In this document: piece after piece, positions 62,880 through 64,000 of the stretch
Numbering within the stretch: the first letter of the stretch is position 1
Layout: every line of letters starts with the position of its first letter
From: Haplodiscus bocki
Taxonomy: Eukaryota
Direction: 5' to 3'
Length of the DNA: 64,000 nt
Assembly (NCBI GenBank): GCA_965655095.1
Contig: OZ296657.1
Location: 54,188,001-54,252,000 of the forward strand
Made by a program: the position numbers and the translations under genes
The notes under the pieces: model-generated
What the model was told of the DNA's origin: nothing
Seen by the model: the letters and a program-made list of their open reading frames with translations, nothing else
Databases searched by the model: none

Positions 62880-64000
62880 GACCTGGATTTTAAGGTGCGT
62901 CAAGATACATTGTTACGGTGTCGTGGTCGCCGTTGATTTTTCTGGTTTGCGCAAAATGGCTCCTGACCCCATTGGGTTTGGTGTTTCCCCAAGAATGTTG
63001 TTCGCCTGAGCGGTTGTGCCAACGCTGGAGAAGAAACCAACGAGGTTTGACAACTTTTGAGTTTTCGCAAACTACTTTTTGTTTCAAATTCTCCATTTCC
63101 CAAATTCATTGATTGGGACTTTTCCGACATTTGTGCCCGAGCTGGGACGTGAACGGGGCTTCGTATTTTCGTTTTTGATTAATATTCCTTGCAATCGTAC
63201 CACACTAAACCAAAGTTTTACCAAAATGCAAAAACTTTGGATCGTTTTATCAACGTTGTTCTTGTGCTCCAGATCAAGCCATTTTCAAAAAACAGCCTCA
63301 AGTTTTGGCTGCCTAGTAGTTCTGTTACTACAGCGACGTTTTGACTTTTGTTTGTTACCCATTGAGTCGGGAACATGTCTTTTCTAAAGTGCTCACTATC
63401 CATCACTGCGAAATCTTTATGAAGTTTCGTTTAGTTGACGCTTTTGTTAAATTTGCTGATGACAAACTGCCACAAAAAATCTTTTTTTTTTCGTCACGGA
63501 AGAAGGTATTTCTAAGAGTCTTCGTGGCCAATATTGCCACTTTTCCACGAGTTCACAAAGTCTTAAGCGCCGTCAGTGTAACATCAGATGTTGGTCAGTG
63601 ACTCTATGTTTTATGTCCTTAAACCTTTCTATATGAGGATGTTGACCCTGTTTTTCAGACTGTTTTCTATTCCCCCTTGAAACTGTATAGCTCTGAACAA
63701 TTCTTGATGCTGAAACATCTGAAGTTGCCGCAGGTGAAATCATGTTTTTTTCTAGCTATCAGCTTCGTTCACATACAAGCAGTCGTCGCCCTGCCAAATC
63801 GAATAAAAATATAGACCTATATCTTTTCGATATCTATGAGTTTCAGATGCTCAGAGTTTCCAGCTTTATCAGAAACTTTCATTTTGTTTTGTCTGCTTGT
63901 CCAGCAGTTCCATAGAACTTTACTCTATGTTGGTTTCGATTTCAGTTATCTGCAGGTGAATAGAGTTCTCATGATATCTTGTATCAAAAGGGTAAAAAGT
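62880..64000 (-). pseudogene. Possible BEL/Pao-like LTR retrotransposon integrase C-terminal remnant
   Basis: Weak FW..W..KEY, NLGNG..V, PRW and GVRS fragments in BEL-like order; highly degraded. Confidence 0.3.

Noticed and set aside
1-64000. Bacterial prophage, host protein-coding genes, tRNA/rRNA, or a species assignment
   Set aside because: Gene content is eukaryotic Polinton and TE-derived; no convincing exon chain or structured RNA was seen; host identity needs a database search

Overview
This 64-kb window is gene-free, AT-rich eukaryotic (probably invertebrate animal) DNA made almost entirely of decayed mobile elements, with two assembly gaps. It is dominated by four copies of one Polinton/Maverick (adintovirus-like) endogenous DNA virus family. 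Copy A (~4958-15233) has both TIRs and a large internal deletion. Copy B (~30214-49790) is nearly full length: adenain-like protease, major capsid, QRGxG core protein, minor capsid, RVE integrase, packaging ATPase, an accessory block and a zinc-finger-fused protein-primed PolB. Copies C and D (~49795-62060) are two polymerase-side halves joined head-to-head. Almost all viral genes are pseudogenised by stops and frameshifts and were read across frames by eye. The most striking observation is a pseudogene in B's accessory block (41577-41865, minus) that reconstructs as a signal/anchor peptide plus an ErbB-ligand-type EGF domain, i.e. a candidate Polinton-encoded growth factor. Between A and B lie a Ty3/Gypsy pol remnant, CACTA/CACTG and CCCGGG non-autonomous DNA transposons with 2-bp TSDs, and four LTR-like repeats in alternating orientation. 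Boundaries of degraded features are approximate.
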